From Lingula anatina (Eukaryota; Animalia; Brachiopoda): a DNA stretch of 64,000 nt. How positions within the stretch are numbered: position 1 is the stretch's first letter; every line of letters starts with the position of its first letter. The notes beneath the pieces are model-generated. The model was not told the origin of the DNA, made no database searches, and saw nothing but the letters and a program-made list of their open reading frames with translations. The stretch spans positions 6,696,001 through 6,760,000 of the forward strand of contig CM120645.1 of assembly GCA_051362555.1 (NCBI GenBank), read 5' to 3'. The translations under genes were made by a program, and so were the position numbers. Positions 1 through 11,241 of the stretch are shown here, in pieces.

Positions 1-1022
1 GTACATTGTATATATTTCGGCTACCCTGAGCATTTAGTCCGATGCATGTCAACTTTATTTTATAAACTTCCTGATTAATCAAAAATATTACATCGGATTC
101 TGACAGCCAGCGGCACAAACGCATAACCAATCATCCGAGTTTTCCTTCAGTAAAAGTGCGCGTGACTCAGTGAATACACTACTAGTAGTCTTACATTTAT
201 GATTGGCGTTGTACACGTCTATTTATAAACACAGACGCAACATGATTCCCCGGAAATTTAAAATAAAGAACCTAGTTCGCGTCAGCTTGGCACTCTGAAA
301 CCCGTGTTAATTTTAATGGATTGTATCAATACTGTCATTCTTGTTTCAGTGGTGACCTCTGATATATACGGTGTAAGATAAGACATTGGCATTTGGCATG
401 TTTCTATGAATTGTCTTGTCTCGAGGTCCACAAGTTCTGAGATTTCACAAGCAAATGTTTCCCAGGAGAAATCTGATGGCACGGTTAAAGTTTGATTCCT
501 TTTCCGATCTCCATTACCTTTATTGTAAACCGTCCTCAGGGGCAGGAAAACAGAATCGAGGGACAAAAAGATCACAGCGTTCGGAGATTGCTAGCTTTGT
601 GTGGAGTAATTGGGTGTTAGATTAGATTAACCAGATTGGACGAACTAATAGATGAGTATCTACAGTTGACTTTATGACCGGAACAAATTTACAATGTTAA
701 ATAATCGTCTTGCTTGTTCAAGGGATGCGTATGTACCTATCCGAACAACTGGATTTAAGGTTTTTCGACAGTGGCAGGGTGGGTAGCGGTGGGATGGTGG
801 GTGGGGGATGGGGTGAAGCAATCAAAGGCCATTTTATTGTTTAATTTGTGTTTTAATTTAAAATATTGATCGCCATTATGTGTTCAATCATCCAATCATC
901 AATTAGTAAATGGCCATTTTGATGTAAACCTACCTACAAGTACCTACCTACAAGTACCTACCTACCTACCTGCCTACCTACCTACCTGTACATACATGTA
1001 TGTACCTACTTCACTGTTCCAG

Positions 1023-1797
1023 GTGACGCCATCGACTGCTTCTCTTGCGTCTCAGCCAATGGCTCCGACATTGGTTGCCATGATCCGTTCAACCCCGCCC
1101 TCAGCAGAGTGGAGAAAGCCTGTAGACAGGGGATGGAGAACAGATACGGCCTATTCCCTGCCTCCTACTGCATAAAGATTAAAGGAGAAGGAGGTGAGTT
1201 TTTGGAGTAGTGGTGTTTTGTCTCTGTGATGGGAGGAGGAGGGATCCTAAAGCAGCAGAATAGAGTCTTGACATAGATTTATTTTTTTTGTAGTATTGTG
1301 TTTTAAGGGAATTTTAACAGTAAAAGATTCAAAGAGGTACTCCTGAATAAAAGGAGCATACGAAAACTTCAATACGCGTACATCCCGCACACATACGACC
1401 AAAGATTTGTTAAAGTTTAAATTTGTTAAATTATGTTAAAGTCTTTTTCTCAATAATTTGCCACTGCCGAGTAGTCCCCTTCAGCGCATGAAGAGCTTGA
1501 AATTACAGACGATAATTCACTAACACGAAGAACCAAAATAACCAACTTACAAACTAATCCAAGTCTACACCATTATTTATTCCAGCGGTTTCAAAGAAGC
1601 AGATCTACGTCCGAACCTGCGCCATCGATACAATGGAGAACCAGTGCGGGGAGTTCCAGTTTGAGGGGGTTCTTTACAAAGGGTGTATCACCACGTGCAA
1701 GACAGACTCATGCAATACAGCACCTAGGACCACGCCCTTTTGGTCCTCTTTATTGGTGACTGTTATAGTAGTTCTGGTGCTTCTAAGGGTGAGGTGA
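1023..1797 (+). CDS. Quiver/sleepless-like Ly6/uPAR three-finger protein, probably GPI-anchored (5' partial; signal-peptide exon not located)
   Basis: Exons 1023-1193 (ttccag| ... G|gtgagt, phase 1) and 1586-1797 (tccag| ... TGA) join in frame: DAIDCFSCVSANGSDIGCHDPFNPALSRVEKACRQGMENRYGLFPASYCIKIKGEG-AVSKKQIYVRTCAIDTMENQCGEFQFEGVLYKGCITTCKTDSCNTAPRTTPFWSSLLVTVIVVLVLLRVR*. The CxxC start, C.DPF, CIK, RTC, C...CxxDxCN pattern and hydrophobic tail are typical of the invertebrate quiver/Ly6 family. Confidence 0.85.
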
Positions 1798-3245
1798 TCG
1801 TGCGGTACACTGTAACACCCATTTACAGAGACGATTCCATTAAATGATTGACAATGCCTAAGTTCTGCGGAAAACTGTTCATGACTGTTGTTTTGAGAGT
1901 GTAAACAGATTCTGTCCAGACATGACGATTTTCTTTTCATATCACAGACTAGAATACGCATGAGTAGTTCAGCACGATTACGGCGCCAGTGCGCGACAGC
2001 GAAACGTGTCTCACTTTGCTGCCCATGAACTGAGATGAAAAACGTTCTTTTTTAATCGCTGTAGGAGCATACTGGGGGACCGTCATGCCTGCCTGAGACG
2101 AGACGATCTTAAGCAATCATTTTGAAATAATTTGCATTATGTGTTAAATGATTTGGACGCAAATACTCTATATTACACTGTTGGCACACTTAGTGTTTAC
2201 GCACAAAAGACGTAAAAAACGCCCTGTTTCAGTCGTGTACCACCAAGACGCATTGTGTCAAGTGAGATTATTAGGACGCACGCAAACAAACGGTCTGCAC
2301 GAAATCAATCAGCTGTACCTGAATATTATGTGACCAGGCCGCCCAGGTATAACCCTCTGTAGAAATCAGTTTATATAAGACGCTAAATAATTGTATTAGG
2401 TGAGACTATGTGGCAACTCATTCGAATTGTGTTAGATGTGACGTCCAGTGAGATTGTGTTAGATGTGACATTCAGTGAAACAAGACATTGAGTAGCATTG
2501 ATATATAATGGATAATGTATGGTCGTTCAGTAATTCTACATCCTACAACGGCTAATCTATTGTTGTTCAGTTATTTTAGAAATTGACGTTGGCGAAGTGT
2601 TAATACATATCTCAATACTTTGCCTATTTTGTCGCCGAAAAGATGCCAAAGGCGCTTAACGAGTGGAGATATACTGTTACGTGTAAAAACATGTTTCTTT
2701 TTGAATGTAAAGAAGACATTGTCAGTAAAACATTTTAGTGAATATCCCCGATGTTAACGAGTCAAATCTACATGTACATAATATCTCGTCTCAATCCACA
2801 GCACTGCTGTTATATATGATTAAAGATATTGACACAATATAATGGGGAAATCTTGCTTCACAAGACCTGAAAAGCGTCTATGTATAATTCAAGCCCGTCC
2901 ATGTAGCGTAAATTACACCAAATTAGTGCATCCATAACAGCACAAAACAAAGTAGATTGCCCGGGGATAGAGGAGTAGAGAAAGGATAATTGTTCTCGGG
3001 ACAAGGGTGCTTCTCAAGCTTTTTTGTTTTGGTCATTCGGGGACTCGGACCAAACCACAATTATCAAGGGCGAAGTGGGTTTCCTGAATTTTTTATTTTC
3101 ACAAAACCATGAAGAAATCAAGGTGAATAACTCCCCCAAAAGCCACATATGTTTAATTTCCCACTGTGCGCAGAAAGATATTAGTCTAAATAGCATTGTT
3201 TGATTATGAACATTCTGCTATCCAGCTGTTTGAAGACCTTGAAAG

Positions 3246-3393
3246 TATATAAAGGTAAACTCCTTACATCCCTTTATACAAAACCAATCAACTGGCTCAA
3301 TTAGAAAAGGTGGCCGCACAGGTGCGCATGAACAGGGGACTGGACAAAAGGCTGACCTCAGCTGGACAGAGAGGCCACTGAAGCGAGACACTG
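3246..3393 (+). promoter_or_regulatory. Putative promoter and non-coding first exon of ZP gene 1
   Basis: TATATAAA at 3246-3253. The block cacaggtgcgcatgaac...acaaaag...gcgagacactg ends in a strong donor |gtgagt after 3393 and is homologous to 6955-7039 upstream of ZP gene 2. Matching acceptor tttcag| at 4913, 6 nt before the ATG. Confidence 0.55.
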
Positions 3394-4356
3394 GTGAGTT
3401 ATTGTTATTTTTTTTAACTTTACGCGATCGCGATTGTTTAAAATTGTCTTTTAAAATTCTGAAAGGTACTAGTAAGCGCGCCTGGCACGTACATGTACAG
3501 TACGTGCATTGATGAGGCGAACGGACTAAAATAAATGAAGGTGAAAGCCAGGGGCATTTTACTTCTCAATTTTCAGTTTTTTCCACAGCTGTAGTCGGGT
3601 TATGGTATCCATTACTATTTTATCTCATTCTAAAGCCACACTCCGCTTCTTCGGAATGACGCAGAGTCGGGACTTAACTGAAGCAAACGCTTAAACTTGA
3701 AGACCGTTTGCACTGAATGAGGGGACATGAACTTCCGATATTATGCACTGTTACTTATGTGAAACCACACAATATGTAGCTCTATATAATGTACAAAAAT
3801 TATTTCAAATTTCTTTCTTATTGCATTGTTACAGCAACATAATTTCCCTGCACACGAAAGCCTACATTTAAATGGATTTTTGTTAATCCCATGAGACTCC
3901 CGCGATGTTCCAACATCGATGAAAAGTTTATCAATGTACATGTAATGCATAAAATGCAGTCATACATGTACTAGTACAGTATCATGCCAAAAAGATAAGT
4001 CCGTCAAAAACGGTACGTTTGGTGGTTTACAGGAAGTTTTCCTGAATTTTGTAAATTTCTAAACATACAAGAATAATAAAAAATTCATTTTGAAATAATA
4101 GCAATGGGGTAGTGATAAACGCGTGGGTAGCATGAGAATGGTTTTAATGTTACCCTCGCCAAACACGCGGCCGTGTAAACTGGTGTAAATAGCCGGTTTC
4201 TCCCCGAAATAAATTAGCAAAGTTTTACTTTTTAAACCATCGGACCTCTCAAGTTTGTGTTTGGAACTTCCATCAATCATTTTGGTGTCTCTTTTAATAA
4301 TATTTTGAAAGAAGTTTAGTTTCATTTGGCAGGACAACGGTGTTTTCCCTGGACAC

Positions 4357-4504
4357 CGGTGTAACGAAAGACCGCCCTCCTTATAGTTATAATGCTTAGG
4401 GTTTCCTTGACCTTAGTGGGTCAAAAACTAGGGCGAGGATGACCTGTACAAATGAATGAGAAGCGGACCCTCTATCATGGGGGACTGTCTCTCACGTTAC
4501 ACCG
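4357..4504. mobile_element. Small MITE-like element, TIR CGGTGTAACG; related copy at 13289-13430
   Basis: Terminal inverted repeat cggtgtaacg...cgttacaccg. Internal blocks (tagggcgagg, tgtacaaatgaatg, gcggac, catggggg) are shared with 13289-13430. Confidence 0.7.
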
Positions 4505-4516
4505 ACATACAATGTA

Positions 4517-4846
4517 TTAAAGGGTTAACATCTATTCATTTAGGACAAAAATTGATTTTCTTGCGGTCAACAACAATTTCCCAATGGTTAATGAACCCGT
4601 TCCGACATTAAAAGTTAGTCCCTGTTTTTTTTTTCCAAAAGGTTTGGTTGTTTCCTAAAAGATAATTACAGAGGGTAGCCCTCTATGGCAGTCACGCGGT
4701 TCAATGGCAAGCACAGATTCCAGAATAATTGCGATTACCGCCGTTTTGGTGGTAAAATATATTTTTTAAAAAAGATTTATATGAGTTCTATACAAAGTAT
4801 TCATCATAAAATATGGACCCGATGCGAAGAGTTATAATCCCTTAAA
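4517..4846 (+). mobile_element. Degenerate copy of the TTAA (Kolobok-like) MITE at 46410-46741
   Basis: Starts ttaaaggg and ends cgaagagttataatcccttaa. Internal matches to the 46.4-kb copy include aacaacaattt, ccaatggttaatgaa, aaagttagtccctgtttttt and cagaataat. Confidence 0.7.
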
Positions 4847-4919
4847 AGTGACGGTATTATCCAGATTGGTATTATAACTGATACAAACCTTTTATGATTG
4901 GTTTCCGTTTCAGTTCACT

Positions 4920-6227
4920 ATGTCCGTCAGTCTTCCGGCGTTGGTGCTTGGCATTTTTCTATCCATGGCGGGCCAAAAGTGGAATCAAGCGTCAAAAATC
5001 GCCGTGAATTTTGACTGCGCAGTGATGGCGGCATTCGTATCCTACAAAGCTAGTTCCGGGACATTTAACCCCACCGAGGGGCGTATCTACGTTGACGGTT
5101 ATTACGATGATGTTGACTGCTTCAGAGACTTTGCACCTTGGGATCTCAACATTATATTTGGCACGTGTGGAGTTAAAGAGGATGTCAATTTCACGGTAAT
5201 TTTTCTTCATGATAAGGACTACTTTCTGGGTACCATCGACGAAGCGCAGGTTTTCAATTGCAAATCGCACGCATTTCAAACGTCTCTTCGCAACGTCACG
5301 GCTTATGTGCCCGCTGGCGAGATAATACCCATCATTGGTCAAGTAGCGACTGTCCCAGGATACAACGTGACTGTTACCATGGTTTTAAAGAGAACAAATG
5401 GCGACTCAGTTATTGGCGTCAACAGCCAGCCAGTAACATTGGGACAGAACGTTACCATGGAACTGAACGTGACTAAAAACGACAGAATCAAGATTAAAGC
5501 TTCACATTGCTGGGCGGCGGGCATCATTAAAAACAATACATGGAAACATCTGGATTTGGTCACAGGGGGTTGCCCCGCAGTTCAGTTCTTCAGCGGGTTC
5601 ACCCAGGACCCCGTGGACAATCACCTGACAGCAACGTTCCCAATGTTTCTGATCACACCTCGCCACGACACCAACAGGTCCACCGGTTTCTTCTGCACCG
5701 TCACCGCATGCAGCGTGAACAACGAAGACCCAGAATGTACTCCGTCCGCGTGTCCGGGAGACGACCCAGGGTGGGGAAGACGAAGGAAAAGGTGGGCCAG
5801 AGATATAGACGATCTTCTCGGATCGTTCAGTCATGTTGCTTTGGGTTATTTCGTCGATGTTATAGTGGAGTCGGATGCTGCCAAAATGCCCTTCAACCTT
5901 TCGTTTGCCAACATAACAACGTCTTCTCCGAAAGATAAAACGTGTTTCTCCCCCATTGTTTTCACCGTCGTACTCAGTATGATGATTCTCGTTCTTGTCG
6001 TCATGTGTGCACTTTCCTCCGGTTGTGTTGTGTATGTTAAACAGGACAGAAACCACCGAAGAGAAATTCGCGCACAGCAGCGGCGGGGGCCAACGAAAAC
6101 TGAACTTAGAAATAAGCCAGAGCCCGGGTCCCCTGGCACATTTATCCGATGTCGCCAGAACAGTCTCACCCAAGTCACCTACTGCACTAGTACCTTGGAG
6201 TCTCGCCCTGGGGAGGCAGAACTATGA
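4920..6227 (+). CDS. ZP (zona pellucida) module type I membrane protein, paralog 1 (vitelline-envelope/cuticlin-like)
   Basis: 435-aa ORF immediately after a splice acceptor. Signal peptide; 4-Cys ZP-N; ZP-C with SHCWA, GGCP, FPMF, FCTVTAC..C..C; furin site RRRKR; external hydrophobic patch VALGYFVDV; juxtamembrane CF; TM helix; basic tail. Confidence 0.85.
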   Translation: MSVSLPALVLGIFLSMAGQKWNQASKIAVNFDCAVMAAFVSYKASSGTFNPTEGRIYVDGYYDDVDCFRDFAPWDLNIIFGTCGVKEDVNFTVIFLHDKDYFLGTIDEAQVFNCKSHAFQTSLRNVTAYVPAGEIIPIIGQVATVPGYNVTVTMVLKRTNGDSVIGVNSQPVTLGQNVTMELNVTKNDRIKIKASHCWAAGIIKNNTWKHLDLVTGGCPAVQFFSGFTQDPVDNHLTATFPMFLITPRHDTNRSTGFFCTVTACSVNNEDPECTPSACPGDDPGWGRRRKRWARDIDDLLGSFSHVALGYFVDVIVESDAAKMPFNLSFANITTSSPKDKTCFSPIVFTVVLSMMILVLVVMCALSSGCVVYVKQDRNHRREIRAQQRRGPTKTELRNKPEPGSPGTFIRCRQNSLTQVTYCTSTLESRPGEAEL

Positions 6228-6954
6228 TGCTTATATACCATTTTTGTCGGTTATTGTTCAACATCTAAACATGGTCCTCAGAGGTCCCCTGTTGTAGTGG
6301 TTTATTTAGTGGTTTATTTATGAAAGTAGTACATTAATAACAAAAAACTTCTATCCGTTATAATGTCAAACTGAACTGTGACAGATTAATCAAATAACCA
6401 AGTTTCCATACAACCAACGGGAATTTCAAGGGTCCTAAAATAAAGTAATAATGACCTGAGGCAGCACTAGCCGTTCCCTTTGTTATAGAAAACAAGCACC
6501 ATGTTATTTAAGTGGCAGATCACTTATTTATAATATATTGGCACAAGGCACATTAAAGAGCTTGATCTAAAAAGTTAGGTCCAACTTTCTTTGTATAGTT
6601 CTTTTATGACACCGATCCGAGAGATTTGCCTTCTATGAATGCAACCATTATAGTTGGTTTGTATTGACCTGGATTTTCAAATTAACACCAATAAGGCCTA
6701 CGACAGGAGATATAGGTCTTCCATGATTTTTTAAAATATAAAAACATAGACATCAAGGAGTGGATAATTCTAATACACAAATCTTCTTTGTAATGAATTT
6801 TTGTTACCTGAAGAACCGAAGTTCAAGTCTCCTGATCATTCTAATTGACCAATGCTCAACTCATAGATGGTGTACATAGACAACCCCCAACATACCTATC
6901 ATATTATTTGAAAATCGTTGACGTTGGTCTTTATCAGTTAGAATAGATACAAAG

Positions 6955-7039
6955 CAGGCACACAGGCGCGCATGACCAGATGAGTGGTGAACAAAAGACA
7001 GGCCTGGGCTAGTGGTCAAGGCATTGGAGCGAGACACGG
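6955..7039 (+). promoter_or_regulatory. Putative non-coding first exon/promoter of ZP gene 2
   Basis: Homologous to 3313-3393 and ends gcgagacacgg|gtaagt. Acceptor tttcag| at 7740 is followed by ttcaccATG (gene 1 has ttcactATG). Confidence 0.55.
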
Positions 7040-7746
7040 GTAAGTTTACATCGACTAACGTGAATTATTGCAATTTTAATGAATTTTTGATTTTTGCCTT
7101 AGAAGAACCACATTTTGTATACTAAAGATGCATTACCCCCGTGTAATAGTAAACAGTATAGGCCATCTCAAACATCATGATGCAGGAGGTACCTTAAAAA
7201 ACGTTGTTGCAATAATGCTGCTGTGTTCAGTTGCACTAATATGTAAATGCAATTATGTGAGTAATAGTCACCGGTAGTTGAGAACCGTCATTCTGTGATG
7301 TTTAATATAGAACCATATTACATGTATCGGGGTGCGGGGTGGGAGGGGGTGCATAATGAAAGGCGCTCAGTAAAATTGGTGTAGGGGCTCATTTCCTTAG
7401 GTCGACCCAACCGGTCGACCGCTGAATGCAACCAACCTACCTGGATGGCACGTCCCTAAATCTTTAGACCTTCAAATCTGGTCTGCTGCATTGTAAGAGA
7501 AACCCATATCGTAGTCTAGTCCACTTCAGTGGTATCAGCATTGGTCTGAAAGATTCTCCGTGTTTTTCTTCTTTGTTGCATGTACATTCACAACATTTAT
7601 ATTTATAGTTAGACTACATATACCACCTTTATGTGACCACCTTATCGCCTTATAAAATATTATCAAAATATCGCCGTATCTATTGGTGGACCCACCCTAA
7701 TAAATACAATGTATAATACTATGTTCCTTGCTTATTTCAGTTCACC

Positions 7747-8931
7747 ATGTTTACCAGAATATGTGCATTACTACCATTTATAGTGCTATTCTCGGAAAAT
7801 CCCAAATGGAATCAAGCGGCCAAAATCGCCGTGAATTTTGATTGTGCGGTAATGGCGGCCTTTGTCTCGTACCAAGCTGGTTCTGGAACATTTAACCCCA
7901 CCGAGGGTCGTATCTACGTCGACGGTTATTACGATGATATTGACTGCTACAGAGACTTCCCACCTTGGGATCTAAACATTATCTTTAATACTTGTGGGGT
8001 TCGTGAGGGCGTAAATTTCACGGTGATATTCCTCCATGATAAGGACTACTTTCTGGCTACCATCGACGAAGCACAGGTTTTCAGATGTAAACCGGACGTA
8101 TACGAAACAGCTCTTCATAACGTAACTGCATACGTACCCGCTGGTGAGATTATACCCATCATTGGCCAAGTAGCGAATGTCCCAGGATTCAACGTGTCTG
8201 TTACCATGGTTTTAAAGAGAACAAACGACAGTTCGGTTATTGGCGTCAACAGCCAGCCAGTAACATTGGGGCAGAACGTTACCATGGAGCTGAGCGTCAC
8301 CCAAAACGACAAAGTCAAAATCAAAGCTTCACACTGCTGGGCTGCGGGTATCATTAAAAACAATACATGGAAAACTCTGGATCTGGTCACAGGGGGTTGT
8401 CCCGCAGTTCGGTTCTTCAGCGGGTTCACCCAGGACCCCGTGGACAATCACCTGACGGCAACGTTCCCAATGTTTCTGATCACACCTCGCCATGACACCA
8501 ACAGGTCCACTGGTTTCTTCTGCACCGTCACGGCGTGTAGCGTGGACAGCGGAGATGCTGAATGCTCTGAATCGGCATGTTCGGAAAATGAACCTGGTTG
8601 GGGAAAACGAAGGAAAAGGTTGGCTGGGAATATGGATGGCAATCAAAGGCCATCCGATCAAGTTGCTTTAGGTTATTTTGTCGATGTTATAGTGGAGTCA
8701 AAGAATTCCAAAGCGGAGCCTTCTGTTGTAAAGTTCAACCACGTGTTTACGGATGAAACCGTGTCAACTTTTCAAGATAAGTTCTGTTTCAACTCCGTTA
8801 TGTTCATTGCTGTTGCCAGTGTGATGTTTCTTGCAGTTGTCATTCTCTGTGGACTCCCTATCTGTTTCTTTGTTTACATGCAACGGTACAGAAAGTACAA
8901 AACCAAAATGGAAACTAAAACTGCAAAATGA
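7747..8931 (+). CDS. ZP module type I membrane protein, paralog 2
   Basis: 394-aa ORF with the same Cys framework, KRRKR furin site, VALGYFVDV patch, FCF plus TM helix and a short basic tail. Confidence 0.85.
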   Translation: MFTRICALLPFIVLFSENPKWNQAAKIAVNFDCAVMAAFVSYQAGSGTFNPTEGRIYVDGYYDDIDCYRDFPPWDLNIIFNTCGVREGVNFTVIFLHDKDYFLATIDEAQVFRCKPDVYETALHNVTAYVPAGEIIPIIGQVANVPGFNVSVTMVLKRTNDSSVIGVNSQPVTLGQNVTMELSVTQNDKVKIKASHCWAAGIIKNNTWKTLDLVTGGCPAVRFFSGFTQDPVDNHLTATFPMFLITPRHDTNRSTGFFCTVTACSVDSGDAECSESACSENEPGWGKRRKRLAGNMDGNQRPSDQVALGYFVDVIVESKNSKAEPSVVKFNHVFTDETVSTFQDKFCFNSVMFIAVASVMFLAVVILCGLPICFFVYMQRYRKYKTKMETKTAK

Positions 8932-10468
8932 GAGAACTCAAGGCGGATGCCAAACTCGTGTATTTGACATTGCCAGAAAGTTGCACACTTGCCATTTTAC
9001 TATTGGGCCTAAGAACCATGGAACCATGCTTCACTGTGTTATTTATGTGACAGAGAGATTGTGAACACCGCCTGAGAACGCACTTGGTAAGCGGAATATG
9101 ACCCTGGCATTAAAATTAAAATCGCGAGAGATCCCTGAATTGCATTTGCTGTGATGGTAGACTCTGTGCGTTTTGAACTCCTGTGTAGGTACCGATAGTG
9201 GGACTCCTATATAAATACACCGGTCCCAGTGTACACATATACATGTACTTAATTATCTCAGCTATATCAATCAAACTTCATATGTTTTTGAGTATAATGA
9301 ACATGTACATTGTCCACTGTGATGATATGTGGTCTGTGATGATCAGAGTTTATAGTTTGCAACATCAAATTGTTGACATTGTGTTTATATATTTAATATT
9401 TGTATTAATTGTTTCACTGAAAATGTTTCTCATCACAAATCATATATGTTATTTATACTGATATGAGAATGCCATTCACACATTTATTATAAATTTATAG
9501 GTGAATTATATATCTAAGCAGTTTATTTATATATTCGTTTTATATATTTACGTTTTTTTTTCAAGATATATTTAATAATAAACCTTGCATTATGTTGCGA
9601 AGGAGTTGGTTCATTAAATTGAAGCGAAACAATTGTTCTGCCTGGGACTTTCTTATTAAAGGCACATATGGCATACACGCAACCATTTCTCATCATTTTC
9701 GAAAAGGACCTTGTGTCCTCTCTTGAGGGACTGGTATAATCTGACAGATAATAATAATAACACCGGTATATGGTAAAATGATTAATGTTATATGACAACA
9801 AATTTAGAGACAAATTGAAAAAAATTAATTATAAAAAATAAGCTATGTCACTTCACCTACTCTTACCCTCATACATTATTCATGTTTTTTGGCCCCCCCC
9901 CAAAAAAAAAAATAAAATAAAATAAAAATAAGGTATACCTGTATGTGAACGCAAAGGACGAATTAAAAACGCAGTCACATTTAGACAAAACCAAGTTTCT
10001 GCTCCCTCTTTCGTGGACTACTATTTATTTGTCGGGTGTCAAAATAGACTATAATTTTCAGTGTGAAAGGTTGACAAAATTCGGTCCCAGTCCTTCATTC
10101 AAAAGGAGCCCCCAATTTCCTGATAACCGCTACCCAAACGTTTATGGTCACGGTCGAGTGTCCAGATGGTGACCGAATGTTGTGTCCACAAGTGGCAGTA
10201 ACCGCAAATATCCCCTCAGCTGACCAATGCTCAACCATCTGCTGTCAAGGTTATGCGACACTGTGGACAACAAAATATGCAGGGGCTAGCAATCCAATAA
10301 TACGATACCTAATTGAAATCAAGCATATGCAAGGTACGTACGGGCTCTATGTACATGCATTTCTGACTTTAAAATGGAGCGCTTTGAACGGATGTTTGTG
10401 TGTGTATTGGAAGTGATTTGGCCCACAGTAGGACCCAAGGCACGCTTTCTGCAGGAAGACCTCGAGCT

Positions 10469-10512
10469 TATATAATACCGACCTCTCGAGCATAGAACCA
10501 TCATCTGAACGC
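10469..10512 (+). promoter_or_regulatory. Putative TATA promoter and very short first exon of ZP gene 3
   Basis: TATATAA at 10469-10475, donor gc|gtgagt after 10512, acceptor ttttcag| at 11234 seven nt before the ATG. Confidence 0.45.
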
Positions 10513-10670
10513 GTGAGTTGGTTTGTCATACATGTACATGTACATGGCGTCATGTTTTCCCTTCTCTTCCCGTGGGTCAGAAAACGAGCGGCGTGCAGCC
10601 TCCTGGTCCAGTGGACCTGCTGGTACCTGCTGGTACTTTGCGCTGCTCGTTTTGGTTTTGGAATGGAAAA

Positions 10671-10672
<2 letters not shown>

Positions 10673-10706
<34 letters not shown>

Positions 10707-10715
10707 GTGTGTGTG
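10673..10715. repeat. (GT)n microsatellite
   Basis: Direct reading. Confidence 0.95.
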
Positions 10716-11241
10716 GTTAGGAGGTGGCGAGGAGGATCGGGAGGGGGGCTCCAATTCACTTACATACATTATATTTGATAACTGAAACCAAACTTACTAT
10801 ACAGCATTTTTTAGTGTTTTTGTAAATAACTTCGTCGGTTACTGATATAATTCAGCCTCAGGTTAGTCGAAATTAAGTATATGGCTTATTGCGTCTCTAT
10901 TTATGCCTTGTAAGTACGTTTTGCAGTTTGGATTTCTTTGATCGTGACAAAATGTAATTCGCGTGGTTGTAAATTAATTTTCCAGATCAGGGATTACCTG
11001 TGTGTCTGCGTGTGTGTTTCATTGTGTTTGACAGAAACAAAATTTCACATTTATTTTGTTTACTATGACAAATTTGCACGACTAAACAATTATTCGATTT
11101 ACAATATTAAGATAGTGTAATATCAAATGATGTTATGTTAGTTTGTGTCATTTCGACATGTCCTTAACGTAAGGTATAAAGAAGTTTGATTTTTAAGTTC
11201 AACTTAAAAAAGAACATTGTATCTTTGTTTTCAGGACAAAT

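Noticed and set aside
316-370. MDCINTVILVSVVTSDIY as the signal-peptide exon of the Ly6 gene
   Set aside because: Phase is compatible, but the hydrophobic core is weak and the donor (G|gtgtaa) is poor; cannot be supported.
10600-10640. cctggtccagtggacctgctggtacctgctggt resembling a collagen GPxGPAG remnant
   Set aside because: Too short, needs two frameshifts, and is better explained as a short tandem duplication.
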